Assembly: GCA_938085445.1 (NCBI GenBank)
Contig: CALKGR010000004.1
Span: 32,001-96,000 of the forward strand
DNA length: 64,000 bases
Source of the DNA: an uncultured Rubripirellula sp.
Lineage (GTDB): Bacteria > Planctomycetota > Planctomycetia > Pirellulales > Pirellulaceae
Direction: 5' to 3'
Position numbers and translations under genes: made by a program. Under the pieces are notes generated by a model. That model made no database searches. It worked only from the letters and a program-made list of their open reading frames with translations, and had not been told where the DNA came from. How positions within the stretch are numbered: position 1 is the first letter of the stretch; each line of letters begins with the position of its first letter. Of the stretch, positions 32,601 through 41,140 are shown piece after piece.

Positions 32601-33228
32601 CGCCATCTCCCTGCCCGGAAGACCCGAAGACAAGTAAACCGGGTAGCCCCAGTGTCGTGTCATTGACACTCAACTGTATCGCCCCCGTATTACTCGTGAG
32701 ATTTACAAATAAATCACGCTCGCCACCAATGACCTCTGGAGCCTGCACGGACGAAACAACCGGCACCCCATCATTGGTGGTGTCAGTGACTTGTTGCGTG
32801 GTTTGATTGAAGGTGTCGATGTCAGTCACAATGGTGCCCGCCGCAGCGTCGGCACTAAACGTCGTCAAAGGCGAAACGCTTTGTTTCAACGTACTGCCGG
32901 AAACTGTTTGTGCACCCTGAAACACAAAATATCCGCCAGAGGACAACCGATTGAAGGAATACCGTCCATCAATGCCGGTTGTGGTCGTTGTGACTAGCTG
33001 GTCCGTTCCCTGCTGAAAAACGCCATCGCCATCGTCGCGGTACAGGGACAATGCGGCTGCGGCGACCTCTTCACCAGCGTCATATCCGTTACCGGAAAAA
33101 TCATCAAAGACGAGCCCAGTCACGGATGCCAAATCCGTTGCCACCAACAAACGTCGATTTTCAAGGGCCTCAAGAAACAGCCGCCGTCGTGGACGCATCT
33201 GTGCGCCACCTCTACGTTTTCTTCGCAT
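26671..33228 (-). CDS. Large surface protein: planctomycete extracellular signature, SdrD-B-like domain and 14 DUF11 repeats (2185 aa)
   Basis: RRLFLEALENRRLLVA; GLVFDD.SGNG...TTTTGIDGRYSF; 14 repeats of (A/I/V)D(L/I)...N.GP..AT.V.V.D.LP.G...DQ.D..STP.N; AGGA upstream of ATG 33228. Confidence 0.92.
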   Translation of the reverse strand: MRRKRRGGAQMRPRRRLFLEALENRRLLVATDLASVTGLVFDDFSGNGYDAGEEVAAAALSLYRDDGDGVFQQGTDQLVTTTTTGIDGRYSFNRLSSGGYFVFQGAQTVSGSTLKQSVSPLTTFSADAAAGTIVTDIDTFNQTTQQVTDTTNDGVPVVSSVQAPEVIGGERDLFVNLTSNTGAIQLSVNDTTLGLPGLLVFGSSGQGDGERRVSWDGLDGNAAVIDDTGLGSVDLTDGGSALGLQLQVGADLAGSQAVVRLYSNDGVFGVANRFSSATLAIPQTGGNVSQKEFLPFSDFTVVGGGGADFTRVGAIELEITGTANIDGQADIVGTVGETNIVRDFANFSQADLSLTKSIDNASPNISDVVNFTIELTNNGPDVATNVSVSDQLPAGVTFVAASPTQGSFSSSTGIWTVGTVNSGSIAQLVLSGRITSAGERVNFAEVSASDQFDPNSTPGNGQQANENDQAAVSFITESIDLSLVKTAEPTLVIVGNAVTYTLEVSNAGPSTATGVEVKDELPAGIAFSNASATQGQYSVGTSVWTVGAISPASSQRLTLVGTVESPGPKTNTAEVIAADQVDIDSTPNNGDPTEDDQSSVTIQAPEADLSLSMTVTNNAPSVGQEISFVITVNNKGQDTATGVSVRDVLPVGLEYISSSTTAGQYTSSTGIWELGSISVGGNVTLTINAKATTANELTNTAEVFASDQWDPNSTPANNDPSEDDQDSQTIGATQIDLSVSKTVDNATPNLNDTVTFTVDVANAGPSDASGVEVQDILPSGLAFVGFTASTGTYISSTGQWVVGLIPSQESKQLRIQARVTDVAAMVNMAQVTKADQEDVDSTPGNGSEGEDDQSSVAITPQQADLELSKAVDNDRANVGQEVVFTIVVSNQGPNAATNVIVTDQLPDGITFRSGQTPQGSSYNAGTGVWDVGAIPAGSQRTLTIVGSIDSPDPQQNMAQVSSADQYDPDSTPGNGLGSEDDQQSVTITPPVIDISVTKGIDVARPIFGQPIRYTVQVNNAGPNDATNLVVKDDLPAGLTFSASSADSGSYNLGAGEWSVGSLASGATATLTIDAVVNTIVSTTNVAEVKSVDQYDSDSTPSNADPTEDDYGSASFELATADLSVTKEVDNAKPNVGDPVHFTITVTNGGQDTATGVTLLDALPDGLAYERSVAGVGSYDATSGIWDVGELAVQQTATLTITAKSTNDTPLTNTVQVATLDQLDPDATPGNNVPSEDDQASVNVVGQQIDLSVTKVVDNERPNVGDLVHFTVSLANSRVTEATGVSVRDPLPSGLNYKSHIASRGSYNPSSGVWDVGQVANGEVLTLNLTAEVTAVGTLDNVAEVLTANQPDINSSPNNNDPNENDQASATVTPQVADLQLVKSVDNERPDVNQVSLFTITVTNLGPDAATGVAVTDQLPDGLAYSADQPSRGTFDSGTGVWTIGQIDPNEVVTLQLGAQVESIGVKENSAEITASDQADPNSTPGNNVPGENDQDAVSVRPTIIDLSLNKEAEPFRPSVNGQLTYTLTVSNAGPDTATGIKVQDQFPSGVTVASSDPSVGAFSDGVWSVPSLAPQTEATLEIITDVTLPGTWTNRAEVIAADQFDFDSTPGNDDGIEGNGNDEDDQASITNTTASADLSVTKSVSDDHPGVLTEVVYTVTLHNGGPDEALDVQVLDQIPAGLTFVSYEATSGTYNASGNGIWRVPSIGEGGQEQLDITVAVSSLGEKINTAEVIASSQYDPDSTPGNNDPTEDDQASVSLTPQLVDLALTKIVDDPNPNVGGNVTFTLELTNQGPSPATGVIVRDALPDGFFVLEIKPSQGVYDPTLGLWQVGGVGVGEVPQLIIEARIDSPDPLVNEAEVFQCDQPDIDSIPNNGDVTEDDYAAVTVTPQIADLRVLIDVSDATPNQHEELFYTLIVFNDGPSDATQVTVRSILPDGLGFVRVANGAGVYNEFLGLWDIPSIAAQSAASMQLVVVVDSKQPIITTAEVIRSEQYDPNSTPDNGDTSENDYGAVAVAPKLIDISVSAFADNADPSLGDIVEMTFTVSNDGPDTATGVTADIAIPAGLELLRVIPQRGIYGLPESEETWQIGSIEAGSVATLVLQARTLQRGMSLVDFQVMSYEQADLDSDPGNNLLDEDDQTQLMVTVPQYSKRMFLASSPEAAAPSQAQRTQSQPFSRGGRFAR

Positions 33229-33785
33229 CGCTATCCTGCTCTCAACAGAAGAAACCACATTCCTAGTTGACGATTGTGTGACACACCGAAAACCAAAAAA
33301 CAAGAGGCCTAGGCAATTTAGCAGCAATAGACGGGTTCTACTGTTTGGGTTGTCACTTAAAAAAACTCAACACACAAAACCACGGCTAACACTCCGCTTT
33401 CCCAGGGTGTGACACGGAAATACGCAACCTAACCAAAAGGGGTGCACAACCTCCCAAAAACACAAAAACCCAATCTTTTCTGGACATATCCTGCATCTCA
33501 AGAAAGTCTGACGGACTGAACAATTGCTCAAATGCGAAGGCTGCACAAATCAGGCCAAGCAGCAAGCAGCGGAAAGATGGGAAGCCGCACCACTGTTAGA
33601 CAAGGAAAGACAGGGAAGACAGTCAAACCGATTTGGTTTAAATGAAGAACCACAGAAAGTTGGTGTTTTTTTTGAATTCTTGCACTCGCTTCGCTTTTCA
33701 AGCATCGCTTTGCTCTGACGAAAAAACCAGCACCAGTGATGGGATGATCCCGTGAATGCCTCATCTGGCGGCCTGCTGCAGCACG

Positions 33786-33828
33786 TGGTTGCTACGCCCC
33801 AGTGGAACTTGGTTGCTACGCCCCAGTG
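33786..33828. repeat. Perfect 19-bp direct repeat, two copies, 24-bp period
   Basis: TGGTTGCTACGCCCCAGTG at 33786 and 33810. Confidence 0.85.
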
Positions 33829-34440
33829 AACCGCCAGTTGGTTCGACAACACGGCCGGTCCGATTTAGGAGACCAAGATCAAGCTGATCACCTATTGCAA
33901 TTCAGACGATTGAGTCCGCGCAAGACACACTCACATTCTTCAATACGTAAAGCGGAAACGTTACACATATGCTGCAGTTGGATTCTCTTCTTGAATACCA
34001 GCCTTCACAATTTCAAACCTTGCATGTGCTTAGGCGGCAGTTGCACCAAATATTCCAGCGAAGCTCTGCAGGATAATGCCTGCTTCAGCACCAGTACTTC
34101 TTATCAGGAAATCCAAAGCACATATCGCTTTGAGGTGTTGACCGACCTGCAGACACAACACAAAACGGGGTCACCAAACCGGCTGCGTCTGAGTTCAATC
34201 ACTTACTGACTTGCGTTGGTCGAAGCTGAGCCAGTTTGTCGAACCGAACTGACACGAGGCGACGCATGGTCAAGTTTCAACAAAGAAGCCGCGCCCCTTC
34301 CCACCCGAGGTTCCATGAACACAAATGCTGCGTGTCCCGGAAAACCTTACTAAAAGCGTTGTAGACCGGCGTACAAACATTGCAGACCACAGAAGAGCAC
34401 CAACATTGCGCGATCACTTGTTTCGGAATTTGACCTTAAT

Positions 34441-34464
34441 TTGATTGCTTGATTGCTTGATTGC
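34441..34464. repeat. 8-bp tandem repeat, three copies
   Basis: TTGATTGC x3, about 160 bp upstream of the Gfo/Idh/MocA start. Confidence 0.8.
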
Positions 34465-34621
34465 CTTTCACGCATTGAAGAGTGGCGACAGGCATTCGGT
34501 GTGAAGCAGAATTGCAGCTGCCATCAGGACATAATTGACTCCACATTACCGCTGAAGGGTCAAAATCGCTTAGACTTTAAAGCCGCAGTCAACTTTCGTT
34601 TCTCGATCCCATGGTTTCTGG

Positions 34622-35992
34622 ATGATCTCCCGTCGTGACGCCCTGAAGAGCACTTTGTCTTTTGGTGGCTCAGCCTTTCTATTATCTCGTCATCCCAAAG
34701 CGAATGGATTCACAAGTCCAAATGCCCGCCCGCGCATTGGCGTCGTGGGATCTGGGAGTCGCTGGTACATCCGTGCAACCGGGATCGATGCCGACTATGG
34801 ATCAGCACCTCAAATGCGAGGTTTTGGTGATTACGTTGCCATTTGCGATGTTGACTCACGACGTCGGGAATCGGCAGCTAACATCGTGCAAGATTGGACA
34901 GGCACTGCTCCGAGCACGATGCTCGATTATCGTGAGATTCTTGATGACGACTCCATCGATATCGTTCACATTTCAACGCCGGATCACTGGCATGCCAAAA
35001 TAGCGATTGAAGCGATGTTGGCAGGAAAAGATGTTTACTGCGAAAAACCGATGACACTGACGATTGAGGAAGGTCGTCAGATGTGTGACGTTTGCAAACG
35101 CACAGGAAGAGTCGTTCAGATTGGTACCCAACAACGCAGTGGCATTCAATTTCTGCAAGCGATTGCGTTGATACGCGCGGGTCGCTTGGGCGACATCAAG
35201 AAAGCAACGTGCAGCATCGGAGGAGCCCCCACGAGTCCCCAACTTCCCGCAGTTTCGGCTCCAGCGGAGCTCGATTGGAACCAATGGCTTGGCCCAGCTC
35301 CCGAAGCTGATTATCACTACCTTGCCGGGAATTACGGTGAGACCAAAAGCTGGTCGCGTTGTCATTACGAATTTCGTTGGTGGTACGAATACTCAGGTGG
35401 CAAACTTACTGACTGGGGAGCTCATCATGTGGACATTGCAACCTGGGGACTGGGAAAAACCGCCACAGGCCCGATTGAGGTCAATCCCGTCATGGCCAAG
35501 CATCCGGTTGAATTCAAGGACGGCATGCCGATGGATGCCACAAAATTCAATACCGCAACTGCATTTCTAATTCAGGCGAAGTATGAAGACGGGCAAGAAC
35601 TTGAAATCCGGCACGATCAAGGCAACGGGATTTTGTTTGAAGGCACCAAAGGACGGATTTTTGTCAATCGTGGGCGTCTGACGGGCCAACCGGTTGAAGA
35701 CCTAACGACCAACCCGTTACCCGCAGATGCGCTTCGCGAGGTTTACAAGGGACAGGAACCCACGAACCATTTCCGTAATTTCTTTGAGTCAGTCGAGGCG
35801 AAACGGGAACCTGTCTCAGATGTATTCAGCCATCACCGAGCACTCTCAACCTGCCATTTGGCTGGAATTGCAGCAAGACTTGGGCGCCCCATCCAGTGGA
35901 ATCCGAACGAAGAGAGGATCATGAATGATCCCGTTGCACAAAGCTTTGTTGCCCGTGAAGCAAGAAAGGGATTCGAAACAGCCAACGGATGA
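34622..35992 (+). CDS. Gfo/Idh/MocA oxidoreductase, Tat-exported
   Basis: SRRDALK signal, TPDHWH, DVYCEKP, QIGTQQRS, DWGAHHVD. Confidence 0.93.
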   Translation: MISRRDALKSTLSFGGSAFLLSRHPKANGFTSPNARPRIGVVGSGSRWYIRATGIDADYGSAPQMRGFGDYVAICDVDSRRRESAANIVQDWTGTAPSTMLDYREILDDDSIDIVHISTPDHWHAKIAIEAMLAGKDVYCEKPMTLTIEEGRQMCDVCKRTGRVVQIGTQQRSGIQFLQAIALIRAGRLGDIKKATCSIGGAPTSPQLPAVSAPAELDWNQWLGPAPEADYHYLAGNYGETKSWSRCHYEFRWWYEYSGGKLTDWGAHHVDIATWGLGKTATGPIEVNPVMAKHPVEFKDGMPMDATKFNTATAFLIQAKYEDGQELEIRHDQGNGILFEGTKGRIFVNRGRLTGQPVEDLTTNPLPADALREVYKGQEPTNHFRNFFESVEAKREPVSDVFSHHRALSTCHLAGIAARLGRPIQWNPNEERIMNDPVAQSFVAREARKGFETANG

Positions 35993-36048
35993 GCTTGGAC
36001 ATTTGAAACACCGCTACCTTATGAGTCACTTCGAAGACCTTCCACCGA

Positions 36049-36867
36049 ATGACAATTCCCCGAACCATGGAGTTGGCTTTGCCTTCCAAATTGAACCTGC
36101 GTGCTTGTCCGCTTCCGTTTCGCCAACATTGCTACGGCATTGTGGTGCTGATAGCAGGGTGTGTTTACCAGAATTTACAGGCGCAAGAACTGGTATTTCG
36201 TGACCTCTTCAATGGAAAGGACCTGACTGGCTGGATTGATGTAAACACGTCACCAGAAACTTGGTCCGTCAAGGATGGTTTGCTGATCTGCACAGGGCAA
36301 CCCATTGGTGTGATGCGAACCGATCGTCAGTACGAAAACTTCATCATTGAAGTGGAGTGGCGTCATATGGCGCCGGGGGGGAATTCGGGCATGTTCCTCT
36401 GGTCGGATGCTAAACCTGAGGGCAACCGTCTGCCAAAAGGAATGGAGGTACAGATGCTGGAACTGGACTGGGTGAATCAACACAAACGCCGAGATGGCAC
36501 ACTTCCGCCAATCGCCTATGTTCATGGAGAACTGTTTGGAGCAGGCGGCATGACTGCGATCCCGGATAACCCTAGAGGAAACCGCAGCAAGTCACTTGAA
36601 AATCGCTGCAAGGGAGTCGGACAGTGGAACCGCTATGTTTTTGTCGCGGTCGACGGGATGGTAAAACTTTCTGTAAATGGAAAATTCGTGAATGGTATCC
36701 GTGACGCTTCATACAAGAAGGGATACATCTGCCTTGAATCCGAAGGCAAGGAAATCCACTTTCGAAAAATACGCATCATGGAACTGCCACAAGGTCTTGC
36801 TGACGCAAGCAACACAGCTCCACTCCTCAAACCGCGCCAACAGGGCGTCGAGGAGCCGAAAAAGTGA
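36049..36867 (+). CDS. DUF1080 (3-keto-disaccharide hydrolase-like) protein
   Basis: [49 protein letters not shown]. Confidence 0.9.
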   Translation: MTIPRTMELALPSKLNLRACPLPFRQHCYGIVVLIAGCVYQNLQAQELVFRDLFNGKDLTGWIDVNTSPETWSVKDGLLICTGQPIGVMRTDRQYENFIIEVEWRHMAPGGNSGMFLWSDAKPEGNRLPKGMEVQMLELDWVNQHKRRDGTLPPIAYVHGELFGAGGMTAIPDNPRGNRSKSLENRCKGVGQWNRYVFVAVDGMVKLSVNGKFVNGIRDASYKKGYICLESEGKEIHFRKIRIMELPQGLADASNTAPLLKPRQQGVEEPKK

Positions 36868-37865
36868 CTACCAACGAATGTTTTCTGGTCACGGGTGGTC
36901 TCGGGTGCATAGGTGCCGAAACAACCAAATGGCTACTCAACAACACAACCGGCAGGGTTGTCATTTGCGGTCGTGATGTCAATTTGAAGCGGGTGACGCG
37001 TGTGTTTCATGACATCGACACAACGAACCTCAAAGTAGTCGCGGTCGATATCACGAATCAGCAGTTGCTTTCGAATACGATTGAAAAAGAAGGAATCAGC
37101 CACGTCATCCACTTGGCGGCTCTTCAGACCCCAGACTGCAATCAGCACCGAGACCTTGGCATGCAGATCAATCTTGGGGGTACGCAGAACCTGATTGAGG
37201 CAATGAAGTGCCACCTTTCCCAAATCAAAAGGTTTGTGTTCGCGAGTTCGATTGCAGTCTATGGACCGCGAATGTTCTACCCGGAAGGTCGGGTGCCGAT
37301 TGACGCCGTCCCACATCCAGTCAATGTCTATGGCGCTTGGAAGCTTGCAGGAGAAAACATCACACGCATCTTCACTGAAGAAACAGGCATCGACTCCATC
37401 AGTTTGCGTCCAGGCGTGCTGTTTGGACCTGGAAGAGACGCTGGCTTAACCTCAACGCCCACAACTGCATTAAAATCGGTTGCCCTCGGCATACCCTATG
37501 AAATTCCATTTCAAAACAGTCAAGACTACCTTTATGCTCCTGATGTTGGCGCGTCGTTTGGACATGCAACAACCGAGCCATTCGCAGGCTACGCAGCTTT
37601 TACTTTACCCAGTCACACAGTCGACACATCCCAGTTCGTTTCCGCAATCACCGAGGCAGCGGAAAACATTGGCATTGCATCGCAGTGCAAGATCACCGTT
37701 GGGAACCAAACGGTACCTTTCATTTGCGACCTCGCGTACGACACATTCCGGAAAGCTTTTCCGAACGTGCCGCACACCCAACTGGATATCGCTGTGCACG
37801 CATCGCTGCGTATTTTTCAAGAACAGATAAAAAAAGGGTGGCTCGGCACAGAGATGATTCACTAG
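36864..37865 (+). CDS. NAD-dependent epimerase/dehydratase (extended SDR)
   Basis: [34 protein letters not shown] overlap with the upstream gene. Confidence 0.92.
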   Translation: MTTNECFLVTGGLGCIGAETTKWLLNNTTGRVVICGRDVNLKRVTRVFHDIDTTNLKVVAVDITNQQLLSNTIEKEGISHVIHLAALQTPDCNQHRDLGMQINLGGTQNLIEAMKCHLSQIKRFVFASSIAVYGPRMFYPEGRVPIDAVPHPVNVYGAWKLAGENITRIFTEETGIDSISLRPGVLFGPGRDAGLTSTPTTALKSVALGIPYEIPFQNSQDYLYAPDVGASFGHATTEPFAGYAAFTLPSHTVDTSQFVSAITEAAENIGIASQCKITVGNQTVPFICDLAYDTFRKAFPNVPHTQLDIAVHASLRIFQEQIKKGWLGTEMIH

Positions 37866-37908
37866 CCCCAGCCTTTCTCCAGTTCACCTCTCACGCACAG
37901 GCCAAATC

Positions 37909-38595
37909 ATGCTGAATCCGAACATCAAGGATGCGTTACAAATCACCCTCAATGACCATCGAATGTCGAGAGGCGAAAAACGCGCCATGGCAAAGGTCAT
38001 CGAGCAGCATGTCAAAAGTGATCATGAGCTTTCACACGCAAGGAGCATCATATTTGAACTTGCACGGCAAGAACTCTCAGACCCGCACACGCTCAAGATT
38101 CTCGACTGGGTTGAGGAAGCAAGCAAAATCCTTGCAGAAAGACCCGACCCAAATCAAGCAAACAAGGCAGAAGCGTTTTTCAGCCCGGTTGATAACTGCA
38201 CAAGCAAGATCATCCGTATGTTTCAGGAAACACGAAGAAAAGCCGATGTTTGTATCTTCACAATCACTGACGACCGGATCAAAGATGCGATCATGGATGC
38301 GCACCAACGCGGCATTTTGGTACGAATCATCTCCGACAATGATAAGGCGAATGACCTGGGTTCCGACATCTATCAACTGGAGCGTGCTGGGGTCCCGGTG
38401 CGATGCGATCGGACCGATTACCACATGCATCACAAATACGCGATTTTCGACGGCAAGTCGCTGCTGACCGGCAGCTACAACTGGACGCGATCAGCTTCAA
38501 GAAATAACGAGGAAAATTTCATCGTTACCGCGGACAATTCACTGGTGCAGCGTTTCGAAACTTCTTTCGCGGACCTTTGGAAACAGCTGGAATAG
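37909..38595 (+). CDS. Phospholipase D-superfamily protein with one HKD motif (Nuc-like nuclease/phospholipase)
   Basis: HHKYAIFD...TGSYNWT.SA...NEEN; about 85-aa helical N-terminal extension. Confidence 0.9.
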   Translation: MLNPNIKDALQITLNDHRMSRGEKRAMAKVIEQHVKSDHELSHARSIIFELARQELSDPHTLKILDWVEEASKILAERPDPNQANKAEAFFSPVDNCTSKIIRMFQETRRKADVCIFTITDDRIKDAIMDAHQRGILVRIISDNDKANDLGSDIYQLERAGVPVRCDRTDYHMHHKYAIFDGKSLLTGSYNWTRSASRNNEENFIVTADNSLVQRFETSFADLWKQLE

Positions 38596-38940
38596 CCCCC
38601 CTTTACGAATACCGCCTCTCAAAATGCAATCGAAGCAAGCTGCCTTGGATAAACTGATCTGCCATATCGAGCTTTGTATCCGGTAGCATTTCAGTGCGGG
38701 ATTGCGAAAAGAAGGGTGCCAATTGGAGATTCATCTCTAAACGCGGTGCACCCACCGGATTTTGTTGGCTAAAATCCTGAAGTGGCAATGCTCTTCGTTT
38801 CGAGGAGTTGAACGTCGCGTGAATGTCAGATTTGTGGCAATAGTAGCTGGCTGCCCCTGACCATCATGTCCTGACGAGACAGTTGCCTTTGTACAGCGGA
38901 TCATCCATTCACATACTGCATCCCAGCGACGAGTTCAGCC

Positions 38941-40131
38941 ATGAAGTTAACTGCATGTTTGCTAACACTTTTAATTTTACCAACCGGCCTATTATCAGCT
39001 CAGACAAAGCAGACATCCGTTGAAAAAGCACTGGCGATTTCATCCAGCACAGGGCGTCCCATCTTTGTGATGGCAGGACAAGAGACCTGACCGCCTTGCG
39101 TAGCGCTGCTTGATCGCCTCCAAAACGACCGATCATTATCAGCCTTTGCGGGACAGTTTGTTCCGCTCAAGATCACGACCAACAATAATCCTGACTGGGC
39201 GCAGTGGTCACGGAAATATCCGATGACTGGCAACGGAATTCCGCAACTGTATGTCGTCAGAGCCGATGGCGAACAGATCTACGGTGGCGCCGGTGCCCCC
39301 AAAGGAGACGAATTACCCACCATGTTATTGGCAAGCCTGAAACGTTCGGGCCGCGCTTTCACAAGTCAGGAAGCAGAATTCCTGCAACGCACTATTAAAG
39401 CAACTGAGCTCGCACTGCAATCGGGTGATCTACTGAAAACAGGTGTCGTCTTTTCAGAGATTGGACAACTCGGTCCGCACGATAATCTGGGCAGCTTTGC
39501 AAAACCCGCGTTAAGGTCGAAAGAACTGTACACCGAACTCAAAACACAACTCGTTAGCCGTATCGAAGCTGCAAAATCAGAATTACTCGATTCCAACCCG
39601 GCGCAGCCACTTGATTCCCTGCTCGCTCTGTATGAAGCAGAAGTTGTTGCGAAACTGTTTCCAAAATGGAAAAGTGAGACATCAAGCATCATTCGGGAAA
39701 TCAAAAAAAAGCCCCAATATACGGCTCAAGGTGAACAGGCAGAGGCCATTGTCCGGGCACGCGTGGTTGCAGCATCGCCGTCACCGCGAATCCGTAACCG
39801 TGCAGAAAGCCTCTACACGAGTGTGATTCGCCGATTCCCCCAAACGGAAGCCGACACCCTCGCTAGAGCCGAACTCGCCGCGGTTACTCCCAACGCAAAA
39901 ATCTTGAGCATGCCGCCCGAAGACATGCAGCCAAGTACGAAAAAGTCTAACGGTCTACGAACCTGGTCTACTCAAAAGGGTGACTTCAAAACCCGAGCAA
40001 AATACCTGCGTCAAAGAGCAGGAAAAGTCCAGTTGATGAAAGAGGACGGAGAGACAATTGTGGTTGACATTTCGATCCTGAGCCTCGACGATCAAAAGTA
40101 TCTTTCGGAACGCATTGGAAAAAGCGACTAA
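38941..40131 (+). CDS. Putative exported selenoprotein: signal peptide, thioredoxin-like domain (U-P-P-C), helical region, SHD1 domain (396 aa with TGA read-through at codon 50)
   Basis: ATG 38941 is in frame with ORF 39223: MKLTACLLTLLILPTGLLSA-QTKQTSVEKALAISSSTGRPIFVMAGQET-TGA-PPCVALLDRL...FVPLKI...GIPQLYVVRADG; C-terminal RTWST.KGDFKTRAK...V.L.KEDG...V.IS.LS.DDQKYL. Confidence 0.8.
39105..39143 (+). promoter_or_regulatory. Stem-loop just 3' of the in-frame TGA, candidate SECIS-like recoding element
   Basis: GCTG(39105-08)/CAGC(39140-43) and TGATCG(39111-16)/CGATCA(39130-35) enclosing CCTCCAAAACGAC. Confidence 0.45.
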
Positions 40132-40230
40132 CGCGCACACTTTTTTCTGCAGCAGGCACAGGTATCTCAGGGGAGCAAGTATTCTGCTTTCATTGCGTCC
40201 CCGCTCCCTACCTACGAAACTCATACCGGC

Positions 40231-41028
40231 ATGCATTCAGCAACGGACCAAGCGAAATCATCCGACAAGGCTGACCAAACAGGGCAGATGCAAGATGACT
40301 CACAATCACAGGGTCCACTTGAAACATCTCGGGCCGCTCATTTAGCGGCTATCTGCTTTGCCATGGTTTTGCCAACACTGGCAACTCTGCTGTATTTTGT
40401 TTTCCTTTCCGGTAGCGATTTGATGAAAATCGTGTACTTCGGAAGCAAAGTACTCCAATTCTCATTCCCACTTATCTGGGTCCTCGCGGTACAGCGAAAT
40501 CGCATTCACATCCCCCGACCACAGTGGAACAGTATTTCTGCTGGAACTTTGGTGGGAATCGGTATCGTCGGCACCGGTCTGCTGGCTTATTACGGCTTTC
40601 TCAAGGACAGCACCTATCTAGAGAACGCACCGGCACTTGTCACAGCCAAGGTAGCTGAAATGGGGTTGACCACCCCAATGATGTACATCCTTTTTGCTCT
40701 TTTTCTGGCAGTTCCACACTCGCTACTGGAAGAGTACTACTGGCGTTGGTTTGTCTTCGGACAGACCAAACGTGTTACAGGAGCCAACACAGCCATCATC
40801 ATCTCCAGCCTGGGTTTCATGTCACATCATGTGATCGTCATTCACCAGTTTTTGGACAACGGCTGGGGTGTTACGCTTTTCTTTTCGCTCTGTGTTGCAA
40901 CCGGTGGGGTTCTTTGGGCATGGTTGTACAACCGCTACAGAACACTCTACGGTCCATGGGTCAGCCACCTGTTGGTTGATTTGGGCATCATGTACATCGG
41001 CTACGACTTGGCAACCTTCGCCAACTGA
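40231..41028 (+). CDS. CPBP (CAAX protease/Abi) family intramembrane metalloprotease
   Basis: EEYYWR, GFMSHH, SHLLVD; multi-TM. Confidence 0.88.
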   Translation: MHSATDQAKSSDKADQTGQMQDDSQSQGPLETSRAAHLAAICFAMVLPTLATLLYFVFLSGSDLMKIVYFGSKVLQFSFPLIWVLAVQRNRIHIPRPQWNSISAGTLVGIGIVGTGLLAYYGFLKDSTYLENAPALVTAKVAEMGLTTPMMYILFALFLAVPHSLLEEYYWRWFVFGQTKRVTGANTAIIISSLGFMSHHVIVIHQFLDNGWGVTLFFSLCVATGGVLWAWLYNRYRTLYGPWVSHLLVDLGIMYIGYDLATFAN

Positions 41029-41098
41029 GCATCCGTTCGCTCGACGCCTGCCATCATCAAAAGGTTGGCCCTGACACTTACTTGGCAGAACAACTGCC

Positions 41099-41140
41099 CG
41101 GCCCCCAGATGCCCAAACTCTGGGTCATCTGATCAGGCCG
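41099..41140. terminator. Hairpin between convergent genes, possible terminator
   Basis: CGGCC..CAGATGCCCA-AACTC-TGGGTCATCTG..GGCCG; no clear U-tract. Confidence 0.4.

Noticed and set aside
33786..33828. Mini-CRISPR or IS target duplication
   Set aside because: Only two copies 5 bp apart; no transposase or terminal inverted repeats
33969..34209. Possible amidohydrolase remnant (LHVLRRQLHQ)
   Set aside because: One short motif with no collinear follow-up
39223..40131. ORF-track start at 39223 as the true gene start
   Set aside because: It begins inside the thioredoxin fold and omits the in-frame signal peptide and xPPC motif upstream
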